Positions 44,267-53,578 of a DNA stretch of 64,000 nucleotides are shown one piece after another. Made by a program: the position numbers and the translations under genes. The stretch is from Candidatus Kerfeldbacteria bacterium (GTDB taxonomy: Bacteria; Patescibacteriota; Patescibacteriia; SBBC01; CAIJZX01), in NCBI GenBank assembly GCA_016193315.1, contig JACPSJ010000001.1, positions 599,478 through 663,477 of the forward strand, in the 5' to 3' direction. The notes beneath the pieces are model-generated. The model saw only the letters and a list, made by a program, of their open reading frames with translations, was not told where the DNA came from and ran no database searches. Positions within the stretch are counted from its first letter, which is position 1; each line of letters opens with the position of its first letter.

Positions 44267-45349
44267 TTACGTCGTCACGGCCGCTGCCGATGCCGCATGG
44301 TCGACCTGGGGTTGTCCGGAATCGATCGGGGCCGGCAGGATTGGGTGCTCCAACTCATCCAGCGTCGTTGCGGCCTCATGCTCCCAACGCTGTCGCAGCG
44401 TCCGGCGAGCATTGAGTAAGCCGAGCCGCAGGAAATCTCCGCCGCGATTGGCGATCCGTGACTCATTCCCCCGCTTCCGCATTCGTTCGAAGTACGCGAC
44501 TGTGGCGGCCGCCACTGCCCCCAACTGGTCGCGCTCAGCCTTCGTCCGCCGAAGGTCGACGATCGCTCGCTTCGGCCCCTGGTCGCGGTTGACCATCAGC
44601 AGCGCTTCTTCGAGCGGGCAGACAACCTCGGTGCCGCGATGGAAAAGGCGGGCGCTCCAGATCGAGGAATCCGGGGGTATGTACCACGCCGTGCGCCGGC
44701 CGTCAGGTGCGGCAACTGCCTGTCCCCAAATGCTGAACTCGCGCTTGCCCTTGCGCCCAGAGATCGTATCGATGATGCTGACTACCAAGATCCGGTAGGG
44801 GAAAACCGCAATCCAGGCGAGCAAGTAAATGTATTTCCAGAGATACCCTCCATTCCAGAAAAGGAGGATGCCGCCGTTAATACACGGCGCACTCGCAGGA
44901 GAGGGATTCGGATCGTATCGGTACCACCCATATCCCCCGCTTTGGAGAAGTTCCTTGCGCGGATCCCGAACGTGGATGTGTATCTTAAGCCGGTGGTCGA
45001 GGAACACGAAGTGGCGCCGGAGAGAGAAGACCTCGTGGCCAAAGGAGATGCACATGATAATGCTTGTGAGCGCAACGGTCCCTCCCAGCCACCAGAAAAT
45101 CAATGTGGATGGACCGGCCTTCCACGATCCGGTGAGAAAGCCCATGGCGAGGATGAACCCGACGATTCCGGTTAGGGCGGAAAAGAGTGCCGCCGCAGCC
45201 AGGAGCGTGGGAGACGCCGGAGTTAGCTCCCGGTCTTGACCCTCAAAATCCTTGATGCAGGCCGGGCATTCAGTGTGCTTCCGCCGTGAAACTGGTCGTG
45301 ACATGATTGCTCTCCCATCGCCGCAGGCTTGGACGTCCATCTGGACCAT
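44267..45349 (-). CDS. Hypothetical membrane protein (4 TM + soluble C-terminal domain)
   Basis: 360-aa ORF with 'ECPACIKDF' near the N-terminus, four hydrophobic helices and a charged C-terminal half. No recognisable motif. Confidence 0.4.
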   Translation of the reverse strand: MVQMDVQACGDGRAIMSRPVSRRKHTECPACIKDFEGQDRELTPASPTLLAAAALFSALTGIVGFILAMGFLTGSWKAGPSTLIFWWLGGTVALTSIIMCISFGHEVFSLRRHFVFLDHRLKIHIHVRDPRKELLQSGGYGWYRYDPNPSPASAPCINGGILLFWNGGYLWKYIYLLAWIAVFPYRILVVSIIDTISGRKGKREFSIWGQAVAAPDGRRTAWYIPPDSSIWSARLFHRGTEVVCPLEEALLMVNRDQGPKRAIVDLRRTKAERDQLGAVAAATVAYFERMRKRGNESRIANRGGDFLRLGLLNARRTLRQRWEHEAATTLDELEHPILPAPIDSGQPQVDHAASAAAVTT

Positions 45350-45546
45350 CCCCTGTCAGCAGGAAGTGCTCCGTTGGCCATCCCGACATTTGCGGGGGCT
45401 TCCAAGCAGAGCGATGTAAGGTACACGTCACGTTCTTACCGTAACCGCCGACCGACGTCAAGTCGAGCCATACGAACCCTGCGCTTTTTGCCGTCTCATC
45501 ACGATTCCTGCTAGACTGTAGTTAACAATCCACTGACATTCAAACT

Positions 45547-46761
45547 ATGCGCCTCTTCAACCTCATCGTCATCATCAGCCTGCTGATGTTCGGCCTGACC
45601 CTCCCGGCCGCGGCGCTCACGCTTGAGGGTCGCAATACCTTGTTTTCGGATTCCGATCGGACCGTGAACGACGTCTATGCCGGTGGCGGCGGCACCGTCG
45701 ATCTGTCCGGCACGTTCAATAACGACCTCCTCGCGGCCGGTGGAACAGTCACCATCCCCGGTAAAGTAGCGGGCGACATTCTCGTGGCTGGTGGGACAGT
45801 AAAAATCACCGGCAACGTGAGCGGCAGCGTTCGCGCGGCGGGCGGCACGATTGAGATTGATGGTGCGGTCGGACGGAATGTTCTTGTCGCTGGCGGCAGC
45901 ATCATTCTTGGTCGAAACAGCAAAGTGGCTGGTGAAGTCACGGTCACCGGCGGAACGCTGACCTTCCAAGGCACCGCTGGCAAGGACTTCAACTTCTGGG
46001 GCGGCTCGGCCGTCATCAATGGCAGCATTGATGGCAGCGTCAATCTCCGCACCGGCGACGATTGCGGTCAGGATCCCTGCATCACGCTCGGTCCGAATGC
46101 CAGGATCAAGGGCAACCTGACGTACTGGGCGGCTATGCCGGCTGACATTCACGCCAGTGCGATCATCGACGGTTCGACCACTCGACACGCTGTCAGCCTA
46201 CCAGTCAAGACCAAAGATATCGAACGGTTTTTCACCGGCTTGAGATTTTGGGCGGTGTTTTCCAGCTTGGTGGTCGGCGTCGTCCTGGCACTCTTCCTGC
46301 CAAAAGTCGTCCGTCAGGTGGCCGAGCAGATGACCCGTCGTCCCGGCCCGGCCATCGGGTTTGGACTGCTGGTGCTGTTCGCCGGACCGATGGCTTTCGT
46401 CTTCCTAGCCATTACGCTGGTTGGCATCCCCTTGGCACTCATTCTTTTTGGCCTCTACCTGCTCGGTCTCTATGTCGCCCAGATCTTTCTCGGTTATTTC
46501 TTTGGCACGGTCATTGTGCGGGCGCTGCGTCGCTCAGGCGCTCCGAACATTGATCTTCGGCGGGGCTCAGTCTTCTGGGCAACCATGGTGGGGATGGTAG
46601 CTCTAGCGCTCATCTTTGATTTCCTGCTGGGCGCCAGCTTGACCGGCGGGCTGCCGTATATTGGATTCTTCGGCGGTCTGCTTCGCTTCGCCCTCGTCGT
46701 TTGGGCCTTTGGTGGGCTCATCCTCCACAAGTGGCAGTACGTCAAAGAACACGGCGCCTGA
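45547..46761 (+). CDS. Secreted beta-helix repeat protein with a C-terminal polytopic membrane domain (polymer-forming/adhesin-like DUF4097-type repeats)
   Basis: Signal peptide 'LIVIISLLMFGLTLPAAA'. About 8 tandem ~20-aa repeats 'AGGTV.I.G.V.GD(V/I)..' follow, then 4 TM helices. Confidence 0.5.
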   Translation: MRLFNLIVIISLLMFGLTLPAAALTLEGRNTLFSDSDRTVNDVYAGGGGTVDLSGTFNNDLLAAGGTVTIPGKVAGDILVAGGTVKITGNVSGSVRAAGGTIEIDGAVGRNVLVAGGSIILGRNSKVAGEVTVTGGTLTFQGTAGKDFNFWGGSAVINGSIDGSVNLRTGDDCGQDPCITLGPNARIKGNLTYWAAMPADIHASAIIDGSTTRHAVSLPVKTKDIERFFTGLRFWAVFSSLVVGVVLALFLPKVVRQVAEQMTRRPGPAIGFGLLVLFAGPMAFVFLAITLVGIPLALILFGLYLLGLYVAQIFLGYFFGTVIVRALRRSGAPNIDLRRGSVFWATMVGMVALALIFDFLLGASLTGGLPYIGFFGGLLRFALVVWAFGGLILHKWQYVKEHGA

Positions 46762-46789
46762 TTCTCTCGGCTTGCTCTAGACCCGAATA

Positions 46790-46990
46790 AAACCCGAAGT
46801 TATCCACAACGTGACCCCACCCCTACACCCCTCCCCTTTGGTAGGACAGTAGATCGACAGCTACACCCAAGACGGACAGGCCTGTTTTCTGCCCAAGTTA
46901 GCCTTATTCCTCTCAAAGGGGAGGGGCTTAGGGGAGGGGTCTTGACTTCGGTTTTCCTTCGGTATAACATTACCGCAGAGACCGAGTGAC
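46790..46990. repeat. GC-rich palindromic intergenic element (relative of 44088..44262)
   Basis: 'cacccctcccctttgg ... ctcaaaggggaggggcttaggggaggggtc' inverted arms ~70 nt apart, and a 'gacttcggttttccttcggtat' tail. Lies upstream of lexA. Confidence 0.45.
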
Positions 46991-47078
46991 GCCGAGCTCA
47001 CCAGGCGGCGAGGGTCGAACAGGACGAGGAAACTCCCTGAACGCCTTCTCCCCTCACCCGGTCAGATAAACACCACCC

Positions 47079-47699
47079 GTGGCCCCCATCCTTCCCAAGA
47101 CAAAGCAAAAAGTCCTCCACTATCTCAAGGTCTACGTCGATGAGCATGGTTACGCGCCGACGCTGACCGAGATCGCTAAGTTTCTTGGCGTCTCCGCACT
47201 GTCGACGGTCCATGAACACCTCGAGTTTCTTGAGGAACGTGGTTTTATTGAACGGGCTGAGGGTGAAGAACGAGGGCTAACGTTGACGCGGAAGTGGCAC
47301 CAGCTTGGACAGGCGCTAGCTCGTAGCCTGGCCGTGCCAGTCGTCGGCGTCATCGCCGCTGGCAGCCCGATTGAAGCCACCGAGCATCGCGAGCAGACGT
47401 TGGCCGTCCCCGAGGAATTCGTGCGCGGCAAAAATGCCTATGCCCTCAAAGTCAGCGGCGACTCGATGATTGAAAGTTTCATTGCCGACGGTGACTACGT
47501 GGTGGTCGAAAAGACCGATTTCGCCCGCGACGGTGATACCGTGGTTGCCCTCCTTGACGATGGTACGGCTACACTCAAAAAATTCTTCAAGAAACGCCAC
47601 TTCGTCCGCCTGCAGCCGGCCAACCGTCAGTACAAACCGATTGATGTGAAGAGTGTCGTCATCCAGGGGAAAGTGCTGGGAGTGATTCGGCGATACTGA
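47079..47699 (+). CDS. lexA: LexA repressor (SOS regulator, S24 peptidase)
   Basis: N-terminal wHTH 'LTEIAKFLGVSALSTVHEHLEFLEERGFIER', cleavage region 'VIAAGSPIEA', Ser 'VSGDSMIE' and Lys 'TLKKF'. Confidence 0.85.
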   Translation: MAPILPKTKQKVLHYLKVYVDEHGYAPTLTEIAKFLGVSALSTVHEHLEFLEERGFIERAEGEERGLTLTRKWHQLGQALARSLAVPVVGVIAAGSPIEATEHREQTLAVPEEFVRGKNAYALKVSGDSMIESFIADGDYVVVEKTDFARDGDTVVALLDDGTATLKKFFKKRHFVRLQPANRQYKPIDVKSVVIQGKVLGVIRRY

Positions 47700-47716
47700 G
47701 CCGAGACTCAGTAGAG

Positions 47717-48112
47717 ATGGACTACCAGGGGACCATCATTGAGGAGAGTTTAGAAGACGCGAGTGTTCTGTCTGGACTGCGGATTATTAAGACCGATGTC
47801 AAACCGGCAACCGAGAAAGAACGAACGCCGTGGGTCAAGCAATGGACATTACATACGATCAACATTCCTCAGCAGCGGGCGGAGGTCATCGCGAGGAAGA
47901 TTATGATGGCTCTTGATCGGCAGCATCCTTGGTACGCCGATTTCAAGAACGCGAGAACGCACTACATTATTTTCCGCGACAAGATGTTTCGCGTTGACCG
48001 AACCAAGAGGGACTCGTACCAGCCAGCCACCGATCATGGTTTGTCACTAGGCATTCCGTACTACCAGCTTGATTTTTCTGCCCACATCCTCGTTGCCGCC
48101 ACGAAAGCATAA
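47717..48112 (+). CDS. Hypothetical protein downstream of lexA
   Basis: 131 aa with no recognisable motifs. It occupies the position that an imuA-like gene takes in lexA-imuA-imuB cassettes. Confidence 0.4.
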   Translation: MDYQGTIIEESLEDASVLSGLRIIKTDVKPATEKERTPWVKQWTLHTINIPQQRAEVIARKIMMALDRQHPWYADFKNARTHYIIFRDKMFRVDRTKRDSYQPATDHGLSLGIPYYQLDFSAHILVAATKA

Positions 48113-48191
48113 ATTTTTTTACCTTTTTGCTTCGGTTTTTATTCGGCTCGTATTCTAAATGCTAAAAACTACCCCCTCATGTCAGCTCCCC

Positions 48192-48271
48192 ATGATCCCG
48201 TTAGACAGCTCTCTGACCATGCGCCAACCTATGATACGGCAAGATCATTCGTTAGCTGACTATCTAACGGG
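48192..48271. repeat. Inverted-repeat element 'atcccgttaga ... tctaacgggat' (11-bp arms, ~55-nt spacer), copy 2
   Basis: Same arm sequence as 24509..24590. Lies immediately 5' of the Y-family polymerase fragment. Confidence 0.55.
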
Positions 48272-48775
48272 ATGATCGCCTACCTCCAACTACCATCCAA
48301 TCAAATCGTGATCGACCAACTGGAGTTCCTCAGCAAACTCCAAGGCGTCAAAGCGTGGGAAGTTGATAGCCCACAGGGTTTGTATCTCCTGCTTGAACCG
48401 TGGATGCGGAAACGGCTCGTTCACCATCTCTACCAAGCGCTGCGTGGCTACTTTGGTACGCGCGTTCGCTTCGGTGCCGCCGAGCAAAAAACGACTGCCC
48501 GAGCAGCCGCATTGTATCGCCCGGTCCCTCACTGCACCGTGGTGACGCCCGAAACTGCTGACCAGTTCCTGGCCCACCTCCCAATCTACCTTCTGCCTGG
48601 CCTTGGTCAGCGAACGACTCGTTTCCTTGAACGCCAGGGAGTCAGGACGTTTTCCTCTTTCCGTGGGCTCTCGACAACGACGCTGAAAGAATGGTTCGGC
48701 GTCTCGGGGTTGATCCTGTTGCAATTCGCCAAGGGGCTTGATCCGCGTTCGGTCGAACCCTCACGAGCCACATAA
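48272..48775 (+). pseudogene. Truncated Y-family DNA polymerase (DinB/ImuB-like) fragment lacking the catalytic N-terminus
   Basis: 'LPIYLLPGLGQRTTRFLERQGVRTFSSFRGLSTTTLKEWFGVSGLILLQFAKGLDPRSVEP' is homologous to the thumb/HhH region of the dinB in this window. There is no 'DMDxFFA' palm and no little finger; 167 aa only. Confidence 0.55.
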
Positions 48776-49086
48776 AAAAACAGAGGGAGTCGTATCGATC
48801 CGACTCCCGGGCGCACGCTGCGTTCTTAGTGCTCCTTTTCTTAGCTTCGGGTCTTTATCCCGAGGTTGGTCCTACGACCATTCGTGTCTAAGCCTTGCGG
48901 CTTTCGACCGTCCGGCGTAAGGCCTACCTCACCGTCCCGACCGCGAGGTCAGAACTCCGCAAGGGGCGGAAAGAATAGGTGCAACGCTTCGCACGCTGTA
49001 CGGCCAAGCATATCGGACCGCGACTGGCGACGTCAAGTTGGGCTGGGCACATCCCATGCACATTTTTGTCCACAGTTTTTTGCACA

Positions 49087-49488
49087 CTACGTGGGCCGAC
49101 TGATATTGGGTTCCCGACCATACCAGGGTTTTACCACCTGGCGGCGGAATCGTCGTGGATGAGATTGAATTTTCCTGACCATCTGTCTGGATAACGGCTG
49201 GCTGACAACCACACCGGTCATTGGCACCTGCCGGACGGTGGACAGTGTGTTGGCCACCACCAGTCCGGTCCTGACCGCCGAAAACGGGCCGGGTCCGCGG
49301 ACGACGGCGATCCGCTTGAGCCGCTCGACTGTCAGCCGGCGCCGGCGAAGCAGTTCATCGAGAATAACCAGCAGCGCCTCCGCGCCATGATCTGGTACTG
49401 ATCGCCGGCGTTGGTAGACAACCTGACTGCTACCAACCAGCCAAACCGAAAGTTGGCCAGGGATGTTCGACTGGAGTACGGCCGTCAT
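49087..49488 (-). CDS. tsaB: TsaB/YeaZ-like protein (truncated, 133 aa)
   Basis: 'LKRIAVVRGPGPFSAVRTGLVVANTLS' matches the TsaB 'AVGRGPGSFTGVRIG' motif. Preceded by 'GAEALLVILDELL'. Confidence 0.6.
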   Translation of the reverse strand: MTAVLQSNIPGQLSVWLVGSSQVVYQRRRSVPDHGAEALLVILDELLRRRRLTVERLKRIAVVRGPGPFSAVRTGLVVANTLSTVRQVPMTGVVVSQPLSRQMVRKIQSHPRRFRRQVVKPWYGREPNISRPT

Positions 49489-50111
49489 TCGCCGCTTGGC
49501 TGCTGGCGCTTATCGATGACCGTAATTAGCGGCCCGGACAGAATGTTGTAGAGGAAGCGGTCAGTGAGTGCGTGGCGGTATTCGAATTCGGCTTTACTCA
49601 TCACCGTATAGTGGATGTCGCGGTCGAAGTGGTGCCGGAAGGTGTAGATCAGGCGACGGAGACGAGGACGGTGCGCCGAGCCAACAATCAGCACATCGGT
49701 TTGGGTATCATCACGACCGACAAAGAACCCGGTCAGAACGAGGAGGTATATCCGCCCGCTGCCTCGGACAGCCGTCAGCAGCCGACGTTCTTCCATCACC
49801 TGGGCCTTGAAGATGAGGGCCTTCAGCTCGGGGAAAAGCGGGTAGTCGATATTCGCTCGGTAGTAGCGCTTCTGTCGCTCGCCGGAACCAGTGACAATGC
49901 CAACCAGACTCAAGAATAGCAGCTCGCGCCGCACCGAATTGATGTGCTCGCCGATCTTCCGACTAATCTCCCGGACAAAGTACGCTTTGGTCGGGTTCGT
50001 CAGCAGCAGCCGAAGAACTTTCGCCCGCGTGCGTGATCCAAGCAATTGTTCCAGCATCTGTCGCCGGGGAGTCATATCTATAGTATACTGAAAAGCACCG
50101 ATCTGGGCCAC
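49485..50111 (-). CDS. Winged-helix transcriptional regulator with a C-terminal uncharacterised domain
   Basis: N-terminal 'RTRAKVLRLLLTNPTKAYFVREISRKIGEHINSVRRELLFLSLVGIV', an ArsR/PadR-like wHTH. 4-nt overlap with the tsaB-like gene. Confidence 0.5.
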   Translation of the reverse strand: MAQIGAFQYTIDMTPRRQMLEQLLGSRTRAKVLRLLLTNPTKAYFVREISRKIGEHINSVRRELLFLSLVGIVTGSGERQKRYYRANIDYPLFPELKALIFKAQVMEERRLLTAVRGSGRIYLLVLTGFFVGRDDTQTDVLIVGSAHRPRLRRLIYTFRHHFDRDIHYTVMSKAEFEYRHALTDRFLYNILSGPLITVIDKRQQPSGE

Positions 50112-50112
50112 T

Positions 50113-52344
50113 ATGAACCTCCGTCATCAGTTCGACACGTTGGTCCTCTACGATCCCGACCGATCAGTCTCGACCGTCAACGTCTGGGTTGCCCATCCCA
50201 CGCCGCCCGAGGAATCGGTGCTCGGGACGCTGTTTATCGTCAGCGCCATTGCTTCCCAGAGCCGTCTCAACCACGAAGTCCTCGGCCTGCTGCAAGATGA
50301 GGTTCGCCACCAGTACTATGACCGTCTTGACCAGCCACCGGAGTTGGCTTTCGAGCAGACGCTCCAGAAAACGAACCAACGACTCCATCAACTGATTGCG
50401 GAGGGGGTTGGGGGATGGGTTGAACAGGCCCACATCTTGATCGGTTCGCTGTGGCGGGACCGGCTGGCGGTGACCACCTTAGGGACCATGACGGTGTTGC
50501 TCATTCGTCGTGACCGACTCCACGATGTTCTGGGCGGCTCCCCATCGACCAGGCCAAATCCGCTCCGGCTCTTCGATCACGTCGTCAGCGGCCAACTCGA
50601 GGCGGGTGATCGGTTGATCATCTGCACCCCGTCATTGCTCGACTACTTCTCGCTCGAGAAGCTGCGACGCCTAGCGGTCGATCACACCCCGAGCCAAGCG
50701 GTCCGCTTGCTCGAGTCGACGCTCCTGGGGGTTGAACCACGGCTGTCGTTTGCCGCCCTGATGATGCATCTTACCGCTGAACCCCAACCAGCGCTGACCA
50801 CGTCTTCCGCCCCACTGGCGGGCGTTGCTCATCGACCAAGCCCACAACTGTCGATGGCGGAACTCGTTCAGCACCAGCGTGACACAGAGCATCTCTTGTC
50901 GCCATCAATCTGGCCGGCGATGAAAGATTTATGGGTTCAGCTGGTCGCTAGTCTCAGCCGAACCGCCCGGCGCCTGACGAATCGCCCGCCGAAGCGAAGT
51001 ATTCCGGCACTCGGCGACCACCCCGGCAAACAGCCGCGCTCGTTGATCACCGTCCCGGCCGTTTCGTCCGACCGCAGTTGGTCCCTGGCCAGAATATTTG
51101 CTCGACTCGGATCGTCGGCTCGGTCAGTGGCATCCGGTGCGCCATTTGTGCGCCCATCAATGGTTGTTCCGCGAGCGGGTCGGCATGGTGGGCGGGCGGC
51201 CGTCAATCGCTTCGTCCTCTGGTTCCAAGCATTAGCGCCACGACCACGAGCGCTGATAGTCATGGCCGTGATCCTCCTGCTGCTCCTGACCACGGCGGTT
51301 GTGCGTCAAGGCTCAACGGTGGCCAATCGCGGTCAGGACATGGCATCCACCATCACGAACTTAGAAGAACGACTGACGAAGGCCGAAGCGGCGCTCCTCT
51401 ATGGTGGTGAAGAGATCGCCCGTCAGCAGCTGGCCGAGGCCGAGACCCTACTGGCGCAGCTCCCACATCGGAAACGAGCTGACCAAGAGCGAGTAGCCGG
51501 CTACGAAAAACGTCTCGGCGCTCTCCGCAACTCCCTCCGGCACCTGACCTTCATCAATCAGCCGCCAGTCCTGGTGGCCTTCGCGGCCGATGAGCCGAGC
51601 TTCCATCCCAGTCAGCTCTATCACGCTGGGCCGCGGCTGGTGATGTTCGACCCCGACTCTGGTCGCGTTCTGGTGGTCGAGCTGAATGACCCGACCACGC
51701 GACGAACGACGGCCAATATTCTGGACACGGGTCAACCAAAAACCGCCGCGGTCGTCGGTTCGACGGCCCTGATCTTCAGCACCGATCGCAACGGTTTCGT
51801 TGAACTTGACCTCGATGACCTCAGCTGGCGACCACTTGACGCCCGTTACCCGCAAAGCGGTCCGGCTGTCCAATTCGTCTCCTTCTTCCAAAATCGAGTC
51901 TACGTTCTCGACCGGGTACACGGTCAAATCATCCGTTTCCAGCGCGCCACGAACACTCTCGGCACTGGTTCCCAGTGGCTTCGCGAGTCGGTCGATCTCC
52001 GCCAGGCCCGCGCGGCGGTGGTTGATGGTTCAATCTATGTCCTCCAGCCGAACGGGGTGGTGGAAGCCTACTTCGGCGGACGGCGTACCAATTTCCAATT
52101 GGAAACGGTTGACCCCCCCTTAACCGACCCCATCCGTTTGTGGACTGACGAACAGGCCAAGTATCTCTACCTCCTAGAACCGGCCACAAAACGCCTGGTC
52201 GTTTTCGACAAACGTGGGCAGCTTGTCGATCAGTACCAGTCCGCTGCTTGGACGTCGCTGAGCGATGTGGTGGCCGACGAGTCGAAGAAGACTGCCTATC
52301 TTGTGAGCGACGCTACTGTCTACCAGCTACCGCTCCAACACTAG
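50113..52344 (+). CDS. Large (743 aa) bitopic membrane protein; degenerate PP2C/SpoIIE-like N-domain (tentative), extracytoplasmic C-terminal domain
   Basis: 'GDRLIICTPSLLDYFSLEKLRRL' resembles the PPM 'GDxLLLxSDGL' region but lacks the Asp. Single TM 'ALIVMAVILLLLLTTAVV' at ~aa 385. The C-terminal half is predicted beta-rich. Confidence 0.45.
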   Translation: MNLRHQFDTLVLYDPDRSVSTVNVWVAHPTPPEESVLGTLFIVSAIASQSRLNHEVLGLLQDEVRHQYYDRLDQPPELAFEQTLQKTNQRLHQLIAEGVGGWVEQAHILIGSLWRDRLAVTTLGTMTVLLIRRDRLHDVLGGSPSTRPNPLRLFDHVVSGQLEAGDRLIICTPSLLDYFSLEKLRRLAVDHTPSQAVRLLESTLLGVEPRLSFAALMMHLTAEPQPALTTSSAPLAGVAHRPSPQLSMAELVQHQRDTEHLLSPSIWPAMKDLWVQLVASLSRTARRLTNRPPKRSIPALGDHPGKQPRSLITVPAVSSDRSWSLARIFARLGSSARSVASGAPFVRPSMVVPRAGRHGGRAAVNRFVLWFQALAPRPRALIVMAVILLLLLTTAVVRQGSTVANRGQDMASTITNLEERLTKAEAALLYGGEEIARQQLAEAETLLAQLPHRKRADQERVAGYEKRLGALRNSLRHLTFINQPPVLVAFAADEPSFHPSQLYHAGPRLVMFDPDSGRVLVVELNDPTTRRTTANILDTGQPKTAAVVGSTALIFSTDRNGFVELDLDDLSWRPLDARYPQSGPAVQFVSFFQNRVYVLDRVHGQIIRFQRATNTLGTGSQWLRESVDLRQARAAVVDGSIYVLQPNGVVEAYFGGRRTNFQLETVDPPLTDPIRLWTDEQAKYLYLLEPATKRLVVFDKRGQLVDQYQSAAWTSLSDVVADESKKTAYLVSDATVYQLPLQH

Positions 52345-52347
52345 AAC

Positions 52348-52839
52348 TCATTTCAAAACCTCATTTCGGCTGCCAGGCCCGATTTCGGGCTCCGGCTGGC
52401 GGCTCGGGTTCAATGTATCTCCAATACATTTCACCCTCCGCCGCGGCGCCGCGCCCGCGAAATCTGCCATTTCGCCCTGAAAGCAGGTTTTGAATTTTGT
52501 CGCTCCCTCCTTGATCATCTTCGGCGCCCCGTCGACCAGATCCTTCGAGTCCTTAAGACCTTTGCCCGTCGCCTCACGGACGACCTTAATGACGGCGATC
52601 TTGTTGCTGCCAGCGCCAGTCAATTCAACGTTAAAAGAAGTTTTTTCCTCCGCGGGTGCCGCCGGACCGGCCGCCGCTGGGCCCGCGGCCATGACCATCG
52701 GTGCGGCGGCGCTGACACCGAACTTGTCCTCCAAGACTTTGACCAGCTCGGCCAAGTCCATGACCGACAATTTTTCGATCTGTTCGACGAGAGCCTTGAA
52801 TTTCTCCGGCCCGTCGACTTTCTTCTGTTCCTCAGACAT
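52348..52839 (-). CDS. rplL: 50S ribosomal protein bL12 (L7/L12) with an atypical ~30-aa C-terminal extension
   Basis: 'MSEEQKKV...[30 protein letters not shown]' NTD, an Ala/Pro hinge and the CTD '[36 protein letters not shown]'. It then continues '...[37 protein letters not shown]' instead of ending in ...AGAKVE(L/V)K. Confidence 0.8.
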   Translation of the reverse strand: MSEEQKKVDGPEKFKALVEQIEKLSVMDLAELVKVLEDKFGVSAAAPMVMAAGPAAAGPAAPAEEKTSFNVELTGAGSNKIAVIKVVREATGKGLKDSKDLVDGAPKMIKEGATKFKTCFQGEMADFAGAAPRRRVKCIGDTLNPSRQPEPEIGPGSRNEVLK

Positions 52840-52852
52840 AGAGACTCCTTTC

Positions 52853-53392
52853 TTATGACCCGCTGACAGCGGGTTGTTTTTCCTTAATAGCATTGAGCGT
52901 GTAGAGCAGCGATCGGAGCGTACCGGCAAAAACATTAGTCAACCCAGCCAGCGGCGATCGAATCATCCAGACCAAGATGGTCATCAGTTCCGGACGAGTC
53001 GGCAGTTGCGCCAGAGCCACCACCTCGGTTTTCGCCAGCCAGCGGCCGCCCACCCATCCGCCGGTCAATTCAACCGCCGGATGATCTTTCGCAAACAGGC
53101 TCAGCAGCCTAGCTGGCAGTACCTCATCATCATATCCGAAGGCCAGGGCCGAACCGCCGCTGAGTTGGTCAGCTACAGCCGGATCGAGTTGCGCCTCGGT
53201 GAGAGCGCGTTTCAGCAGCGTTTTCTTAGCCACCGTGTAGTCGACGCCCGCTTGACGTAATTGCTTCCGGAGTTCGGTCGCATCTGGCACTTTCAATCCG
53301 GCAAAACTTGTGAACACCAAGGATTTCATCCGGTTGAGCTTGTCAACCAGTCCGCGAACCGATGCTTCTTTGACTAGTCGGGTCTTGGCCAT
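52853..53392 (-). CDS. rplJ: 50S ribosomal protein uL10
   Basis: '[64 protein letters not shown]' is typical of L10. Located upstream of rplL. Confidence 0.85.
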   Translation of the reverse strand: MAKTRLVKEASVRGLVDKLNRMKSLVFTSFAGLKVPDATELRKQLRQAGVDYTVAKKTLLKRALTEAQLDPAVADQLSGGSALAFGYDDEVLPARLLSLFAKDHPAVELTGGWVGGRWLAKTEVVALAQLPTRPELMTILVWMIRSPLAGLTNVFAGTLRSLLYTLNAIKEKQPAVSGS

Positions 53393-53578
53393 GCGGCTCA
53401 GAGATTACTTGGCACGAAAAGACTGTGGTTATTCCACAGCTCAACACGCCTCTGACGGGACTCATCCTGCACCGGCTCCGGAGTGGAATTATGACCCTTT
53501 GTCAGGCGGATCACCGGTGGTCTGTGGAAGTAACGACAGTTTAGCGACCCCACCGCAGCCTGTCAAGAACGGACCATG

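Noticed and set aside
46790-47078. LexA operator upstream of lexA
   Set aside because: I looked for CTGT-N8-ACAG, GAAC-N4-GTTC and GTTC-N7-GTTC patterns and found none convincingly. The palindromic element there is reported only as a repeat.
52348-52500. Simple frameshift to explain the odd bL12 C-terminus
   Set aside because: Translating the other two frames across the region gives no 'EEAEKLKAELEAAGAKVELK'-like tail, so a single indel does not restore a canonical ending.
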